Assembly (NCBI GenBank): GCA_035946335.1 | Contig: DASYZL010000011.1 | Span: 3,569-67,568, forward strand | Direction of reading: 5' to 3' | Source: Patescibacteria group bacterium | GTDB taxonomy: Bacteria; Patescibacteriota; Microgenomatia; Levybacterales; UBA12049 | Length of the DNA stretch: 64,000 nt | Shown: positions 20,142 through 30,011 of the stretch, in pieces | Position numbering within the stretch: position 1 is the first letter of the stretch | How the letters are laid out: the number at the start of each line of letters is the position of its first letter | The notes under the pieces: model-generated | The model's input: the letters and a program-made list of their open reading frames with translations, nothing else | What the model was told of the DNA's origin: nothing | Database searches by the model: none | Position numbers and translations under genes: made by a program

Positions 20142-20777
20142 TTACCTTATAGGCAGTTCCTCGATGACACCGGTTACTGTCCCATGATTGCCGAGGTACC
20201 CAACAATGATTTTGGAAACAGCAAATTCAGCTTGAGTATTTTCTCCCAGAACTTTTCTTATATCTGCTATTGCTGTTGGTTGTTTCAAACGTGTTACTGT
20301 TATGTGTGGTGTATAACGAGAACCAATCAATAGTGCGCCATACTGCTCCCGCTCTTTTCTGTCCTCGGGGGAAAGGTTTTGCATTACTGCAACATGTTCG
20401 ATAACAAGTCCCTCACGTAACGAATTTGTTTTCTGCACTATTTGTTGATGAAAATCAACGAGGTTAGTAAGGCGTCGTGCATTCCAAAATACAAATTCTC
20501 CCAGAACGAGATCACATTGATCCAGGTGGATAGGAAATGGTTTCATCTCTGCTATCTCGTTTCTGACAATATCAATAACTTTTCCTATGTTTTTCTGAGG
20601 ATAACGAGCCTGAGATATCGTTATATGAGGAATAAGATTTTGCGTATTAAGAACAAACTGAGTTGCAAAAGTTCTCATGAGCTGTTCACTCATTACAATT
20701 GCTTTCTCTTGTATGCTCGTATCAGGAATGATTGCTATATTAAGTTGCACTGTTTGTCCTGTTGCTTCATTTTTCAT
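20142..20777 (-). CDS. 2H phosphoesterase superfamily protein (LigT / 2',3'-cyclic phosphodiesterase-like).
   Basis: Two H-x-T-x motifs (PHITIS and PHITVT) about 90 residues apart. 211 aa. Confidence 0.6.
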   Translation of the reverse strand: MKNEATGQTVQLNIAIIPDTSIQEKAIVMSEQLMRTFATQFVLNTQNLIPHITISQARYPQKNIGKVIDIVRNEIAEMKPFPIHLDQCDLVLGEFVFWNARRLTNLVDFHQQIVQKTNSLREGLVIEHVAVMQNLSPEDRKEREQYGALLIGSRYTPHITVTRLKQPTAIADIRKVLGENTQAEFAVSKIIVGYLGNHGTVTGVIEELPIR

Positions 20778-21071
20778 TATGATTTGGCGCGGGTATATTG
20801 TAGCATAGGTTTCTTAACGATTACGTTTCAATCGTATATTGTTTCTATTTATAATGAGAGGCTTGTGGACAGAAATTGCAATCCATAATAGGAGAACAGA
20901 ATTGCCAGTATTGTTATTACAACTGCTTCAAGCGCAATTTTTTCCCAGCTGTTCTTTTGTGTAATCTGGGGGAGAGATAAGGAAACCATGCTGCTCACCT
21001 CCTTTCTTACTACGTTACCGTATAAGCGTGAAAAGAGCGTAAAAGAGAAGTAATAAAACGACAAGAGATTT

Positions 21072-21446
21072 TTAAGGGAGAGTTTTTCTTACATGCTTTT
21101 GTATAAGGGCAAGTAATGCGTCAATGTCAAACGGTTTTGCAATAAAATCATCCGCGCCTGAGGATGTCCAGAAATTTTTTGCTTGTGGATGAGCTGAGTT
21201 AAGAATAATAGGGATATGCTTTGTGTCTTCCCGTGTTTTAAATTGATGGATTATCGTCCTTCCATCACAACCTGATAACAACATGTCCAAAAAGATAACG
21301 TCCGGTAAATGATTTTTATCGATATGTGTGGCATAATCTCCATTATCAATAACCTGTACGATATAGCCGGCATCTTCCAGGAGCAGCTGTACCGCTTCTA
21401 GAATATCTCTATTGTCATCAATAAGAAGTACTGTTTGCTTTTTCAT
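21072..21446 (-). CDS. Stand-alone response-regulator receiver (CheY-like) domain protein.
   Basis: KQTVLLIDDNRDILE...DVIFLDMLLSGCDG...NSAH pattern with the phospho-acceptor Asp. Start set at the internal MKKQ. It overlaps the end of the upstream kinase gene. Confidence 0.7.
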   Translation of the reverse strand: MKKQTVLLIDDNRDILEAVQLLLEDAGYIVQVIDNGDYATHIDKNHLPDVIFLDMLLSGCDGRTIIHQFKTREDTKHIPIILNSAHPQAKNFWTSSGADDFIAKPFDIDALLALIQKHVRKTLP

Positions 21447-23496
21447 AGAATTTCTCTGGCAATGGAAGGGAAAAAGAGAACATTGACCCTTTTCCCACCT
21501 GGCTCTCAACGCTGATTGTTCCATGGTGTCTTTTTATAATCTCTCGCGAGATGAATAATCCCATGCCAAGTCCGGGATATGTTGCGTCATTTTTTTCATT
21601 TACTCGATAAAATTGTTCAAAAATTCGTTGTTGATTTTCTTCAGTAATACCCATGCCGAAATCTTCCACGCTGATATGTACATCATCATCCCCTGTTTTT
21701 GCACTGACAATAATGTCATTCCCTTTAGGAGAATATTTTATTGCATTGGTAAGTAAATTAGTAATAACTTGCCCAATTCGATCTCTGTCGGCGAGCACAG
21801 CATCTTTTACCAGGGAACGCAACTTTATAGTATGAGTTGCTGTTAACGCTTGTACGTCCTCAACAGTTTCTCGCAGTAAATCTGTCAGATTAAAGAGCTC
21901 ATTATGTAGCTTTAATTGCCCTGCCTGTATTTTTGTAATATCAAGAAGATCATTAATGAGATCTGTCAATTTCGTCACCTGCTTATCCATTTTTTCAAGA
22001 TATGTTCTGGTATCATGCTGATCAGTAGCGGTGAACTTTTGTTTAAGAAATTGCGTGAGTACCTTTAAACTTGTTACTGGCGTCTTCAACTCATGGCTTG
22101 CTATACTGATAAATTCATCTTTTCTGCGTTCCAATTCTTTTTGCTTGGAGATATCAAGGGCAAATCCTACGCACAGATTACTTTTTGTATCTACTCTACT
22201 GACAGCAATGAGTACGGGAATCCGTTTACCGTTTTTATTGATATATTCTTTTTCATATACATCTGAAATCCCCTTCGTGCGTAAATCACGTACTGCTTTT
22301 TCTGAAAGGTTGTAATATTCAGGGGCTGTAAGGTTGTCCCGGTGGATTTTTCCTTCACGGAGTTCATCCCGGGAGTAACCGATAAGCGAAAGCAGTGCAT
22401 CATTTGCTTCCAGAAATTTTCCGTTAAACTCAGCAATAAACGCACCGATAATATTTGAATCAAAAAGCCTTTTAAAGCGATTCTGCGTTTCTCGCAAGGT
22501 TGTTTCAGACCCTTTGCGTTCGGTTGCTGTTGCAAGTATATTTGCAACAGCCTGCAAAAAGTACATGTCATCCTGGGTGAATGCTCTCTTTTTTTGCGAA
22601 AAAATTCCCAAAACGCCAAATGGCGCTCGTCTTCCTGGGATAATCACCGTTATCCCGCTCGTAATTCTATGCTTTGTTAACAGTTCTGAGCTGAAAAACC
22701 GCTTCTCTTTCTGTAAGTTCTTTACGATAACCGGTTCATTTGCAAGTAACGTATAGCCTGCTTGAGAGTGTTCTTCTCCACTGACCAGACCTTGCCCTGT
22801 TAAATCCTCCTGCCACCCTTTTCCACCTCGTAAAATAAACGATTTTTTGCCAGGAAGTAATTCAAGGATCTCACAGTATTTTACCTGAAGCGTTGACGTA
22901 ATAAGTTCAGCAGTTTTCTCAAAAAGCGTTTGCATGTTTTGACTTGCAAGTGCATATTGTCCGATTTGTGCGATAACCGCTTGCTGCTGTACGCGAGCTT
23001 TGAGAGAAAGCATATTCCGCAGCCGGATTTCTAAAAGTATAGCCATGAATACTCCTTCTGCGAGAAAGATAAGGGACGGATACAACGCGCGTTCAATATG
23101 CAGCGGTGAAAAAGCGGGAAGAAAGAAAAAGATTGCTGCAAGATCACAACATATCGTTGCGGTAATAGCCGGACCAAACCCACCAAACCACCCGCTTATT
23201 AAAACAGCGGTGAAAAGAAAAACAAACGGTGCATCCTTTCCCAATACTGGATCAAATGAGAGCTTGACGTTTACCGCAAGAATACTTAATGCAATTGCTA
23301 ACAGGTATTGCATAAGCTTCCACCAGATACTTCTGTTGGGCATCTGGTGATTATATTTTCTAGTTGTTTTTTCAAAGAACTTTGTAAAAAGCAACGAACG
23401 TTTCTTTTTCTGTATATCCCGTTTTCTGGTAAAAAAAGAAAAAGAGAGAAATTTCATTGATAGTATTGTATTTTCTCCACAAGAGTGTGTTAGCAA
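21418..23496 (-). CDS. Membrane sensor histidine kinase with GAF/PAS-like sensory domains.
   Basis: N-terminal TM helices. H-box SHELKTP. N, G1 and G2 boxes are present (LTNAIKYS, DFGMGI, GLGMGL). The true start may be an internal Met. Confidence 0.75.
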   Translation of the reverse strand: MLTHSCGENTILSMKFLSFSFFTRKRDIQKKKRSLLFTKFFEKTTRKYNHQMPNRSIWWKLMQYLLAIALSILAVNVKLSFDPVLGKDAPFVFLFTAVLISGWFGGFGPAITATICCDLAAIFFFLPAFSPLHIERALYPSLIFLAEGVFMAILLEIRLRNMLSLKARVQQQAVIAQIGQYALASQNMQTLFEKTAELITSTLQVKYCEILELLPGKKSFILRGGKGWQEDLTGQGLVSGEEHSQAGYTLLANEPVIVKNLQKEKRFFSSELLTKHRITSGITVIIPGRRAPFGVLGIFSQKKRAFTQDDMYFLQAVANILATATERKGSETTLRETQNRFKRLFDSNIIGAFIAEFNGKFLEANDALLSLIGYSRDELREGKIHRDNLTAPEYYNLSEKAVRDLRTKGISDVYEKEYINKNGKRIPVLIAVSRVDTKSNLCVGFALDISKQKELERRKDEFISIASHELKTPVTSLKVLTQFLKQKFTATDQHDTRTYLEKMDKQVTKLTDLINDLLDITKIQAGQLKLHNELFNLTDLLRETVEDVQALTATHTIKLRSLVKDAVLADRDRIGQVITNLLTNAIKYSPKGNDIIVSAKTGDDDVHISVEDFGMGITEENQQRIFEQFYRVNEKNDATYPGLGMGLFISREIIKRHHGTISVESQVGKGSMFSFSLPLPEKFYEKANSTSY

Positions 23497-23692
23497 TCTA
23501 AAAAATTATAAGGATACTATGCGCGAAAGAAAAAAAGCGCAAGAAATAGAACAATAATTGTTGCTAACAAAAAGTCCATAGTTTTTTTCTCCTCTACCAA
23601 AAATTGTTTGCCGGTAAAAATCTTCATGGCACAATTGAACATATCTCGTATGCATAAAAATAGCGTGAAGCATTTGTAAGAATTACGTAAGA

Positions 23693-24355
23693 CTACTCTT
23701 TGAGCACATAGCCAAATCCACGCACTGATTGAATAAGCTTTTTCTGAAACGGCACGTCAATTTTTTTCCGCAGATAGCCAACGTAGACATCGACAACACG
23801 ACTGTCTACTTCATACGAATACTGCCAGACACGATTAAGAATCATTTCCCTCGTGAGCACCTGGTCTTTATTGTTCAAAAAGTATTGCAACAGTTTAAAT
23901 TCATGGGGACTGAGGGTGATTGTTTTGCCTGCCCGTTTTACTTCATATGTTTTTGTGTTTAGCTGGAGATCGTCTGCCTCCAGAATTGGTTCTTGTTGAC
24001 TTCTCAGGCGCGCTTTTACCCTGGCGAGTAAAATATCTGCTTCAAATGGTTTCGTAATGTAATCATCCGCTCCAAGATTTAATCCCTTGACGACATCTGC
24101 TGTGGTATCCCGCGCTGTAAGGATAACAATGGGTACATGGGGAAACTTTTTGCGTATATCCCTGCACAGTGCTTCTCCGGTAATTTTTGGAAGTCCTAGA
24201 TCAAGAATAACCAGGTCTACCGGGTTCTTTTTCAACATATCAAACGCGCTAATCCCATCGGAAGATGTTTCGATGCGATACCCGTTTTCAGACAAGAGAT
24301 CTTTAATGTACTCCTGAATTCCTGTATCATCTTCGATAATAAGAATTCGTTGCAT
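23693..24355 (-). CDS. OmpR-family response regulator (receiver plus winged-helix DNA-binding domain).
   Basis: RILIIEDD...DLVILDLGLP...LTAR...K. The C-terminal region (LSPHEFKLLQYFLNN...RVVDVYVGYLRKKI) is OmpR/PhoB-type. Confidence 0.8.
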   Translation of the reverse strand: MQRILIIEDDTGIQEYIKDLLSENGYRIETSSDGISAFDMLKKNPVDLVILDLGLPKITGEALCRDIRKKFPHVPIVILTARDTTADVVKGLNLGADDYITKPFEADILLARVKARLRSQQEPILEADDLQLNTKTYEVKRAGKTITLSPHEFKLLQYFLNNKDQVLTREMILNRVWQYSYEVDSRVVDVYVGYLRKKIDVPFQKKLIQSVRGFGYVLKE

Positions 24356-24399
24356 AAGGTAGTGCCATCTTAGCAGTAACTTTTCTGTATTGCAAGAAA

Positions 24400-25044
24400 C
24401 TATTCAATTGGAAGGTGGAAAGAAAATGTACTGCCTTTTCCAGCAACGCTTGTTATATCGAGTGTACCATGGTGTAAATCAATAATTGCTTTTGCAAGAG
24501 ATAACCCTGTCTGCAATTTTTCCTGATATACCAGATCAAACAAGTGTTCTCGCGTTTCCCTTGGTATACCTTCCCCTGTATCTTGTACAGACACAGTGCA
24601 CGCATCCTTTTCTTCCACCACTGTTACCGTAATCTGCTTTGTTCCATGTGTATGCTGGATAGCATTTGTCAGAAGAATAGAGAGTATCTGTATAAATCGT
24701 TGTTTGTCTGCGAAGAGTTTTTTATGAAGAGTTCCTTGTAAAAAAATAGGTTGTTGTGTTGTTTTTTGCATCCTCACAACGACTTCTTGAACCACGGTTG
24801 TTGCGTCAATAAATTCTTTCTGCAAGATTAAGGCCTGTTCCTGTACTCGGTATATATCAAGTAAGTTGGTAATGAGTAAGGTGAGCGCGTCTACTTGCGT
24901 GTCAAGACGTTTTACAAAAGAGAGTGTTTGTTCGTTGTTTTGCAATCGTTTTTGCAGCAGTTGATCATACGCTTTAATACTGGTAAGCAATGATTTTACT
25001 TTATGGTTTGCAAGGGAAAGCAAAGTGTCTTGCTGCTTTGTCAT
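24400..25044 (-). CDS. Cytoplasmic histidine kinase (DHp plus HATPase domain only, no sensor domain).
   Basis: ANHKVKS H-box-like helix, and an HATPase region (LTNAIQHT, DTGEGI, GLSLAKAII). Start trimmed to an internal Met to avoid overlap with the upstream gene. Confidence 0.6.
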   Translation of the reverse strand: MTKQQDTLLSLANHKVKSLLTSIKAYDQLLQKRLQNNEQTLSFVKRLDTQVDALTLLITNLLDIYRVQEQALILQKEFIDATTVVQEVVVRMQKTTQQPIFLQGTLHKKLFADKQRFIQILSILLTNAIQHTHGTKQITVTVVEEKDACTVSVQDTGEGIPRETREHLFDLVYQEKLQTGLSLAKAIIDLHHGTLDITSVAGKGSTFSFHLPIE

Positions 25045-25069
25045 ACAACTATCGCAATTATAGCAGAGG

Positions 25070-26344
25070 CTAGCTATGTGCCCATTCAAACAATGCCGCA
25101 GCAGTCCATGCCTGAAAACGGCATCCGGATTTGCCAAAAGGGGATTTATACTCTAAAAATGATCCATCGACACCTTTAATGTACAATTCAATTGGACAGC
25201 CGAAATACTGAATCGGCGAGAGTGACGCTTGCTTGAGTATTGCCGCTTCCTGCTGAAAATTCCACGTGATCAGCCCCTCATAAATAAGGCTATTCAGTAT
25301 TGGCCAGAAACTGCCATTGTGATACGATGTGGGGAGTGGATTGAATGTTGCCGATAACGTGCTCATAGTGCGTATACCGGCGTCGGGTTCGAATAAATCA
25401 TCTTGCAATCCCCGTTTAACGAAATCCGCGATGTACGCTTCTTCCAGAATGCATTCTTTTTTCCTTGTCGTTGCCCAGAGACAAATCAACGGATTGCCGG
25501 TAATGGTGGGAATTTGATGTTTATTACCATCAAGTGCCTGCACACCGTAGAAAAGATTCTTACTTTTGATAAGAAATGCTTGATTAAATTTCTTTTTCAG
25601 TTGCTTCGCACTGGAAAGCAACTGAACAGCAAATGCGTTATCTTGCGTCATATACACATGGTTCCACTCAACAAGTGTGAGCCATACATATGCCTGGACT
25701 TCAATTGGTGCGATCGGATATGGAGGCAGTACGCCGTCTTTCGTCAAGAGAGAATCAACAGAGTCAGTCCAGGATTGCACCTTGAGTCCTCCGTAAAGGC
25801 GTGTTTTTGGAAATTCATAGGCAAGAAATGCATCTTTTGCAAGACGGGCACGTATCCACCGTAGTCCTTTTGTAACAGAGGGAAGAACACGAAGTAAAAA
25901 CGTGTCATCCTGTGTCACTTCCCAGTACCGGTACAGCGCGAGTAAGGTAAGTGGTGTTGAGTCTACGGAATCATAGTTTTTAATAGTGCCGTCTTCCTGT
26001 ACAAACCATGGAGTTTTCCGATTTGCATTAAATATTTTATGGTTTTTCCGGTATTCATGGATGAATTTTCCATCCTCTTCACCGTTTTCAATATTTTGCT
26101 TTTGTCCTTGTAAAGCAACAAGAGTCAACAGTGTCTGCTTGCAGATATCAAGAAGTTTTTGGTTAGGAACATGCGTGTGTACTTTAAGGATTTTTAAAAT
26201 CGTAATCGCGCTGTCTCTTCCAAAAATACACCCGTACGCCTCAGAAAGGGAAGAAGCGTTAATACCTTCTTCAGAACAGAGGTCTACCAAACATTGATAT
26301 GATAATTGCCGTAAATAATCGCTACTCACAAATGGGTTGAGCAA
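25070..26344 (-). CDS. Glycoside hydrolase, GDE_C/amylo-alpha-1,6-glucosidase-like (six-hairpin glycosidase fold), putative.
   Basis: 424 aa. The sequence pattern (SVDSTPLTLLALYRYWEVTQD, EGLITWNF, FQAWTAAALFEW) resembles GH63/GDE_C-type (alpha/alpha)6 barrel glycosidases. Confidence 0.4.
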   Translation of the reverse strand: MLNPFVSSDYLRQLSYQCLVDLCSEEGINASSLSEAYGCIFGRDSAITILKILKVHTHVPNQKLLDICKQTLLTLVALQGQKQNIENGEEDGKFIHEYRKNHKIFNANRKTPWFVQEDGTIKNYDSVDSTPLTLLALYRYWEVTQDDTFLLRVLPSVTKGLRWIRARLAKDAFLAYEFPKTRLYGGLKVQSWTDSVDSLLTKDGVLPPYPIAPIEVQAYVWLTLVEWNHVYMTQDNAFAVQLLSSAKQLKKKFNQAFLIKSKNLFYGVQALDGNKHQIPTITGNPLICLWATTRKKECILEEAYIADFVKRGLQDDLFEPDAGIRTMSTLSATFNPLPTSYHNGSFWPILNSLIYEGLITWNFQQEAAILKQASLSPIQYFGCPIELYIKGVDGSFLEYKSPFGKSGCRFQAWTAAALFEWAHS

Positions 26345-26428
26345 ATAATCATATCCCTTCTTTTTCGTTTTAACAAGAGCAAAAATTCTTATAAGTCTTG
26401 TCTGTTATTCCTGCCTAAAGGTGATGCA

Positions 26429-27520
26429 TTATGGAGAGAGAAAATGATTAAGATTTTTTGTCATTCTCTGCCGCTTGACAAACTGCTTGCTTCGCAGAAT
26501 TGCTTCATAAACACCCTCATATTCATCAGCCATTCGTTTTGCGTGAAAGGTAGTTGTTGCATACACCCGGCAGTATAACCGGTCGATAGTAGTAATATGT
26601 TGTACCGCAGTAATCATTTCATCAACAGTATGTACAATAAACCCAGTTCTACCATGCTGGATAATTTCAGGAATAGAGCCTTCATCAAATGCTATGACCG
26701 GACAGCCACAACTCATTGCTTCAATAAGTGTCAGGCCAAACGGTTCAGGCCAAGTGACCGGATGTAAAGAACACAATGCATTGGCGAATAGTTTGTTGCG
26801 TTGCATCTCTGTTACTTCGCCAATCCAGCGGATAGTTGGAGATAATTTCGGTTTGACATACCGGTTAAAATATGCAAGATGTTCTTTTTTGTCTCTTTCC
26901 AGTTTTGCCGCTATAAGTAAGGGTAAACCGAGTTTTTCCGCAACGGCAATCGCGTGATGCACGCCTTTTTCCTGGCAAATTCGTCCGACAAAAAGCAGAT
27001 ACCCTTTATGCCTAGGAGAAAACGGATACAATGTCATATCAAGCCCGTTGTAAACATTTGCGATATAGTTAAGGCCGGGAGCCGGACGGGTTTGCGCATA
27101 GGAAATAGAAACAAGATAAGGTTTTGATAATGTTTCATATAAGGCAATTGTTTCCTGAGTGAGCGCGCCGTGTAATGTCATCACAACCGGTGTTATTGCA
27201 TGTTGTGCAAAAGGAACGCCAAACCATTGCGTATGGTCATGCATGATATCAAATTGCTGTTGTTGTTGGTAAGCAAGGGCAATATGATAAAGAGAAATCT
27301 GTGCTTTCTTAAAGAATTCACCTTGCAAATCTTGACGCAAATTCCTTGGATAGGGTGCAACGAGTTTTGCGCTCGTTATGGAGTCTCCTGTTGCAAATAG
27401 GGTGACATCATGTCCTTGTCTGACCAGTTCTTCGGTAAGCGCATGGATAACCCGCTCAATACCCCCATATTTTTTTGGTGGAACACTCTCTATGGGAGAA
27501 GCAATTTGAGCTATTCTCAT
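26429..27520 (-). CDS. Glycosyltransferase family 4 (GT-B, group 1).
   Basis: N-terminus MRIAQIASPIESVPPKKYGGIERVIHALTEELVRQGHDV. The C-terminal EPFGLTLIEAMSCGCPVIAFDEGSIPEII is the canonical GT4 donor-binding motif. Confidence 0.8.
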   Translation of the reverse strand: MRIAQIASPIESVPPKKYGGIERVIHALTEELVRQGHDVTLFATGDSITSAKLVAPYPRNLRQDLQGEFFKKAQISLYHIALAYQQQQQFDIMHDHTQWFGVPFAQHAITPVVMTLHGALTQETIALYETLSKPYLVSISYAQTRPAPGLNYIANVYNGLDMTLYPFSPRHKGYLLFVGRICQEKGVHHAIAVAEKLGLPLLIAAKLERDKKEHLAYFNRYVKPKLSPTIRWIGEVTEMQRNKLFANALCSLHPVTWPEPFGLTLIEAMSCGCPVIAFDEGSIPEIIQHGRTGFIVHTVDEMITAVQHITTIDRLYCRVYATTTFHAKRMADEYEGVYEAILRSKQFVKRQRMTKNLNHFLSP

Positions 27521-27618
27521 AATTACTGCAGGATAGGGATTTCGTCTAATAAAGTGGTGAGAAAAAAATAAGAATTACGTGAGAGAACTGGATCAATACG
27601 CAGATAAAGAATGGTTAT

Positions 27619-28740
27619 TTATTTTTTTATCGAATAGCGCGCAACATAACTTGCAAGCAGTGTGACAATCGGTACTGCGAGGATGAGACCGATACTCCCG
27701 GCGATAGTTGCGACAACTTCATCGGTGATCGTTTCGGTGTTTAAAATAACCCAATATGGTACTTGTGCCGCGTTCAAGACCAAAAAAATAAAAATGAACA
27801 GTGATGACCCTGCGTATGCGAGCACCAAAGTATTAATAAGGGAGACGATATGTTCCCTGCCGATGCTGAAACCTTTTTTGACCAATTGGCCAAAGGACAA
27901 ACCAGTTGTTGTACGTGCCAGTTCAAAAATTGCCGCTGATTGCGTTGTCGTAATATCATTCAACGCACCAAGTGTTCCGATAATAATACCTCCTAAGAAT
28001 AATCCCTGCAGATTGATAACACGCGTTGCGCCAAGCTGCAAGGAGGCAATATCTTCATTGCCAATACCGGAAAGCCGGGTAAAAACCACAAACAGAAATG
28101 AAAGAAGCGCGGTCAGCATAAGGGAAAAAAATGTTGCAATCAGAGCAACGGTTGTTTGGCGGGAGATACCGTGGGCAATATATGTGCTGACAAAGAGAAT
28201 AATCAGGGATCCCGCAATGCTCACTGTCATCGGATCATCGCCATGGAGTAAGCGGGGGACAATAAAGAAAAGAATCACGCTGATACTGACTAACAATCCA
28301 AGTAGCGAGCCAAAGCCTTTGAGTTGTGCGACAAGCAGAATTAAGACAACAAAAAGGATAAGGATAAGCACAATAAAATTCAGACGATATTTGTCGTATA
28401 TTGCATACATAACCTTTCCGTTTTCAACACTTCGCAAAAGGATTACTTCATCTCCTGTTGCAAGCTCCTGATTCCTGCTGGTAGCCTGTCCATAGGAAAG
28501 CGTCATTGTTTTTCCCGACGTCAGCGGTGTCACTTGCACTGTTTGCGTAAAGTAATTCTGTCCTCCGACACTTATTTGTTTCTCCTGAAGAATACGGTTG
28601 ACAACTGCTTTTGTGTATGTTTCCTGTACAGCCGGTGTTTTTTGCGCAAAACTTGGTACAGCAGCCAAAAGAAACAAACTGCAGAAAAAAGCAAAGAAAA
28701 GAATAAGCCGTTGCATGGAATAGCTATGAGTATAGCACAT
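27619..28740 (-). CDS. YibE/F-like polytopic membrane protein, putative.
   Basis: Signal/TM, then an extracytoplasmic domain of about 110 aa, then 7-8 TM helices with a GALNDITTTQSAAIFELA-like conserved segment. Confidence 0.45.
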   Translation of the reverse strand: MCYTHSYSMQRLILFFAFFCSLFLLAAVPSFAQKTPAVQETYTKAVVNRILQEKQISVGGQNYFTQTVQVTPLTSGKTMTLSYGQATSRNQELATGDEVILLRSVENGKVMYAIYDKYRLNFIVLILILFVVLILLVAQLKGFGSLLGLLVSISVILFFIVPRLLHGDDPMTVSIAGSLIILFVSTYIAHGISRQTTVALIATFFSLMLTALLSFLFVVFTRLSGIGNEDIASLQLGATRVINLQGLFLGGIIIGTLGALNDITTTQSAAIFELARTTTGLSFGQLVKKGFSIGREHIVSLINTLVLAYAGSSLFIFIFLVLNAAQVPYWVILNTETITDEVVATIAGSIGLILAVPIVTLLASYVARYSIKK

Positions 28741-29291
28741 CAGGCTTTTTGCAGATACGCGAGGTACTCACTGTTCCCTCCTTTTTTGCCAAGAAGCGGA
28801 GATTTTATGAATCCTTTTACGCTGAGTCCTTGTGATACCAGTCGTTCAAGGGTTTGTTGTGCAATACATTCTGCCTCTGCTTCAGGTAATGTACCGTGAT
28901 GCAGCAAAGACGCTTCTGCTTCATAGTGGGGTTTAATCAGTGTTATAATAACACCGTTCTGAACAAGATTGCTAAGGATATTGGGAAAAATTGTTTCCTG
29001 CTTTGTCCACGATGTGTCATTTGTGATGATATCTGCTCTTTCCGGTAGCGTTACATGCATTGCGTTCGTGCGTTCTAATACGACAACCCGTGGGTCATTA
29101 CGTAATTTCCAATCTAAGACGCCATAGCCTGTTTCAACTGCGTATACTCTACGTGCGCCTTGTTGCAACAAACAATCAACAAAACCTCCAGTAGATGAGC
29201 CAAAATCTGCGCAGATCGTACTAGTAACAGGAATAGCAAATACAGCAAGGGCATATGCGAGTTTTTCTCCTGCCCGGCTGACAAATCCCAT
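28740..29291 (-). CDS. tlyA: TlyA-family rRNA 2'-O-methyltransferase (FtsJ-like fold, no S4 domain).
   Basis: SRAGEKLAYAL...DFGSSTGGFVDCLLQQGARRVYAVETGYGVLDWKLRNDPRVVVLERTN is strongly TlyA-like. Start set at the internal MGFVSRAG. Confidence 0.7.
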   Translation of the reverse strand: MGFVSRAGEKLAYALAVFAIPVTSTICADFGSSTGGFVDCLLQQGARRVYAVETGYGVLDWKLRNDPRVVVLERTNAMHVTLPERADIITNDTSWTKQETIFPNILSNLVQNGVIITLIKPHYEAEASLLHHGTLPEAEAECIAQQTLERLVSQGLSVKGFIKSPLLGKKGGNSEYLAYLQKA

Positions 29292-29334
29292 CGTATTATT
29301 ATACCTGAAATTGTTTTCGTTGTTCTTTTTTCGA

Positions 29335-29805
29335 TTAATGGGTAAGAGACCGAAGACGGTGTTCGAACCAGGCATGCTTCAATTCGCTAGGTGCCGGGAA
29401 AATTTCCCGTTCGTAATGACCATCTCGGGATATGGTGATCTTCACAGGATGAGTTAAGTCGCTTTCTATATGAAAATATTTTCCTTCGATGATAATCTGC
29501 GCAGGTGTTGCTGTAATTGTCGCTTGGGTAACAATAGTTAAGCTGTCCTGTTTTTCGGGAAGTATGACACCGACCTCATCATGAACTCCTTCTATAGGAG
29601 AATCCATGTTATTAGCGGCAAATGTCTTAATGCTAACAGGAAGCTGGCCTTTTCTGTATAAAGCAGATGTAAAAACCATAGATGATCCAAGCATTTCTAC
29701 GGAGGTTGGGAGTTGTAAATAACTTTGTATATTTGCCGATAACCTATAAGGATCGGACATCACCTGCTTAGCGAGAGAACCGAATGCATTTTCAACCTGT
29801 ATCAT
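29335..29805 (-). CDS. Hypothetical protein.
   Basis: 156-aa ORF. No motif recognised. Confidence 0.3.
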   Translation of the reverse strand: MIQVENAFGSLAKQVMSDPYRLSANIQSYLQLPTSVEMLGSSMVFTSALYRKGQLPVSIKTFAANNMDSPIEGVHDEVGVILPEKQDSLTIVTQATITATPAQIIIEGKYFHIESDLTHPVKITISRDGHYEREIFPAPSELKHAWFEHRLRSLTH

Positions 29806-30011
29806 AAAAAAGGTATTATGACAGACAATTGAGGATTTGTCAAACTACTATAAGACTAATGTTTAAAGATAATAAACGGTGTTGCGTAACTTCACCATTT
29901 ACCATAGGTATGGTAAGAGAAAAAAAGGGAGTAAAGAGTTTGGAAATAGTGAATAGATAGCATAAGAGATACATTAGCTCAAATCAGGATAATTTCTTGA
30001 GTGCTTCTTGC

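Noticed and set aside
23490-23572. 8-bp inverted repeat GTTAGCAA...TTGCTAAC about 60 nt apart between the kinase and the OmpR regulator genes
   Set aside because: It is short and AT-rich and likely occurs by chance in this low-GC intergenic region.
27662-28471. 269-aa plus-strand ORF
   Set aside because: It lies entirely antisense to the better-supported YibE/F-like membrane gene. Its sequence is low-complexity (S/T/R/K-rich), as expected for the reverse frame of a hydrophobic gene. It is a shadow ORF.
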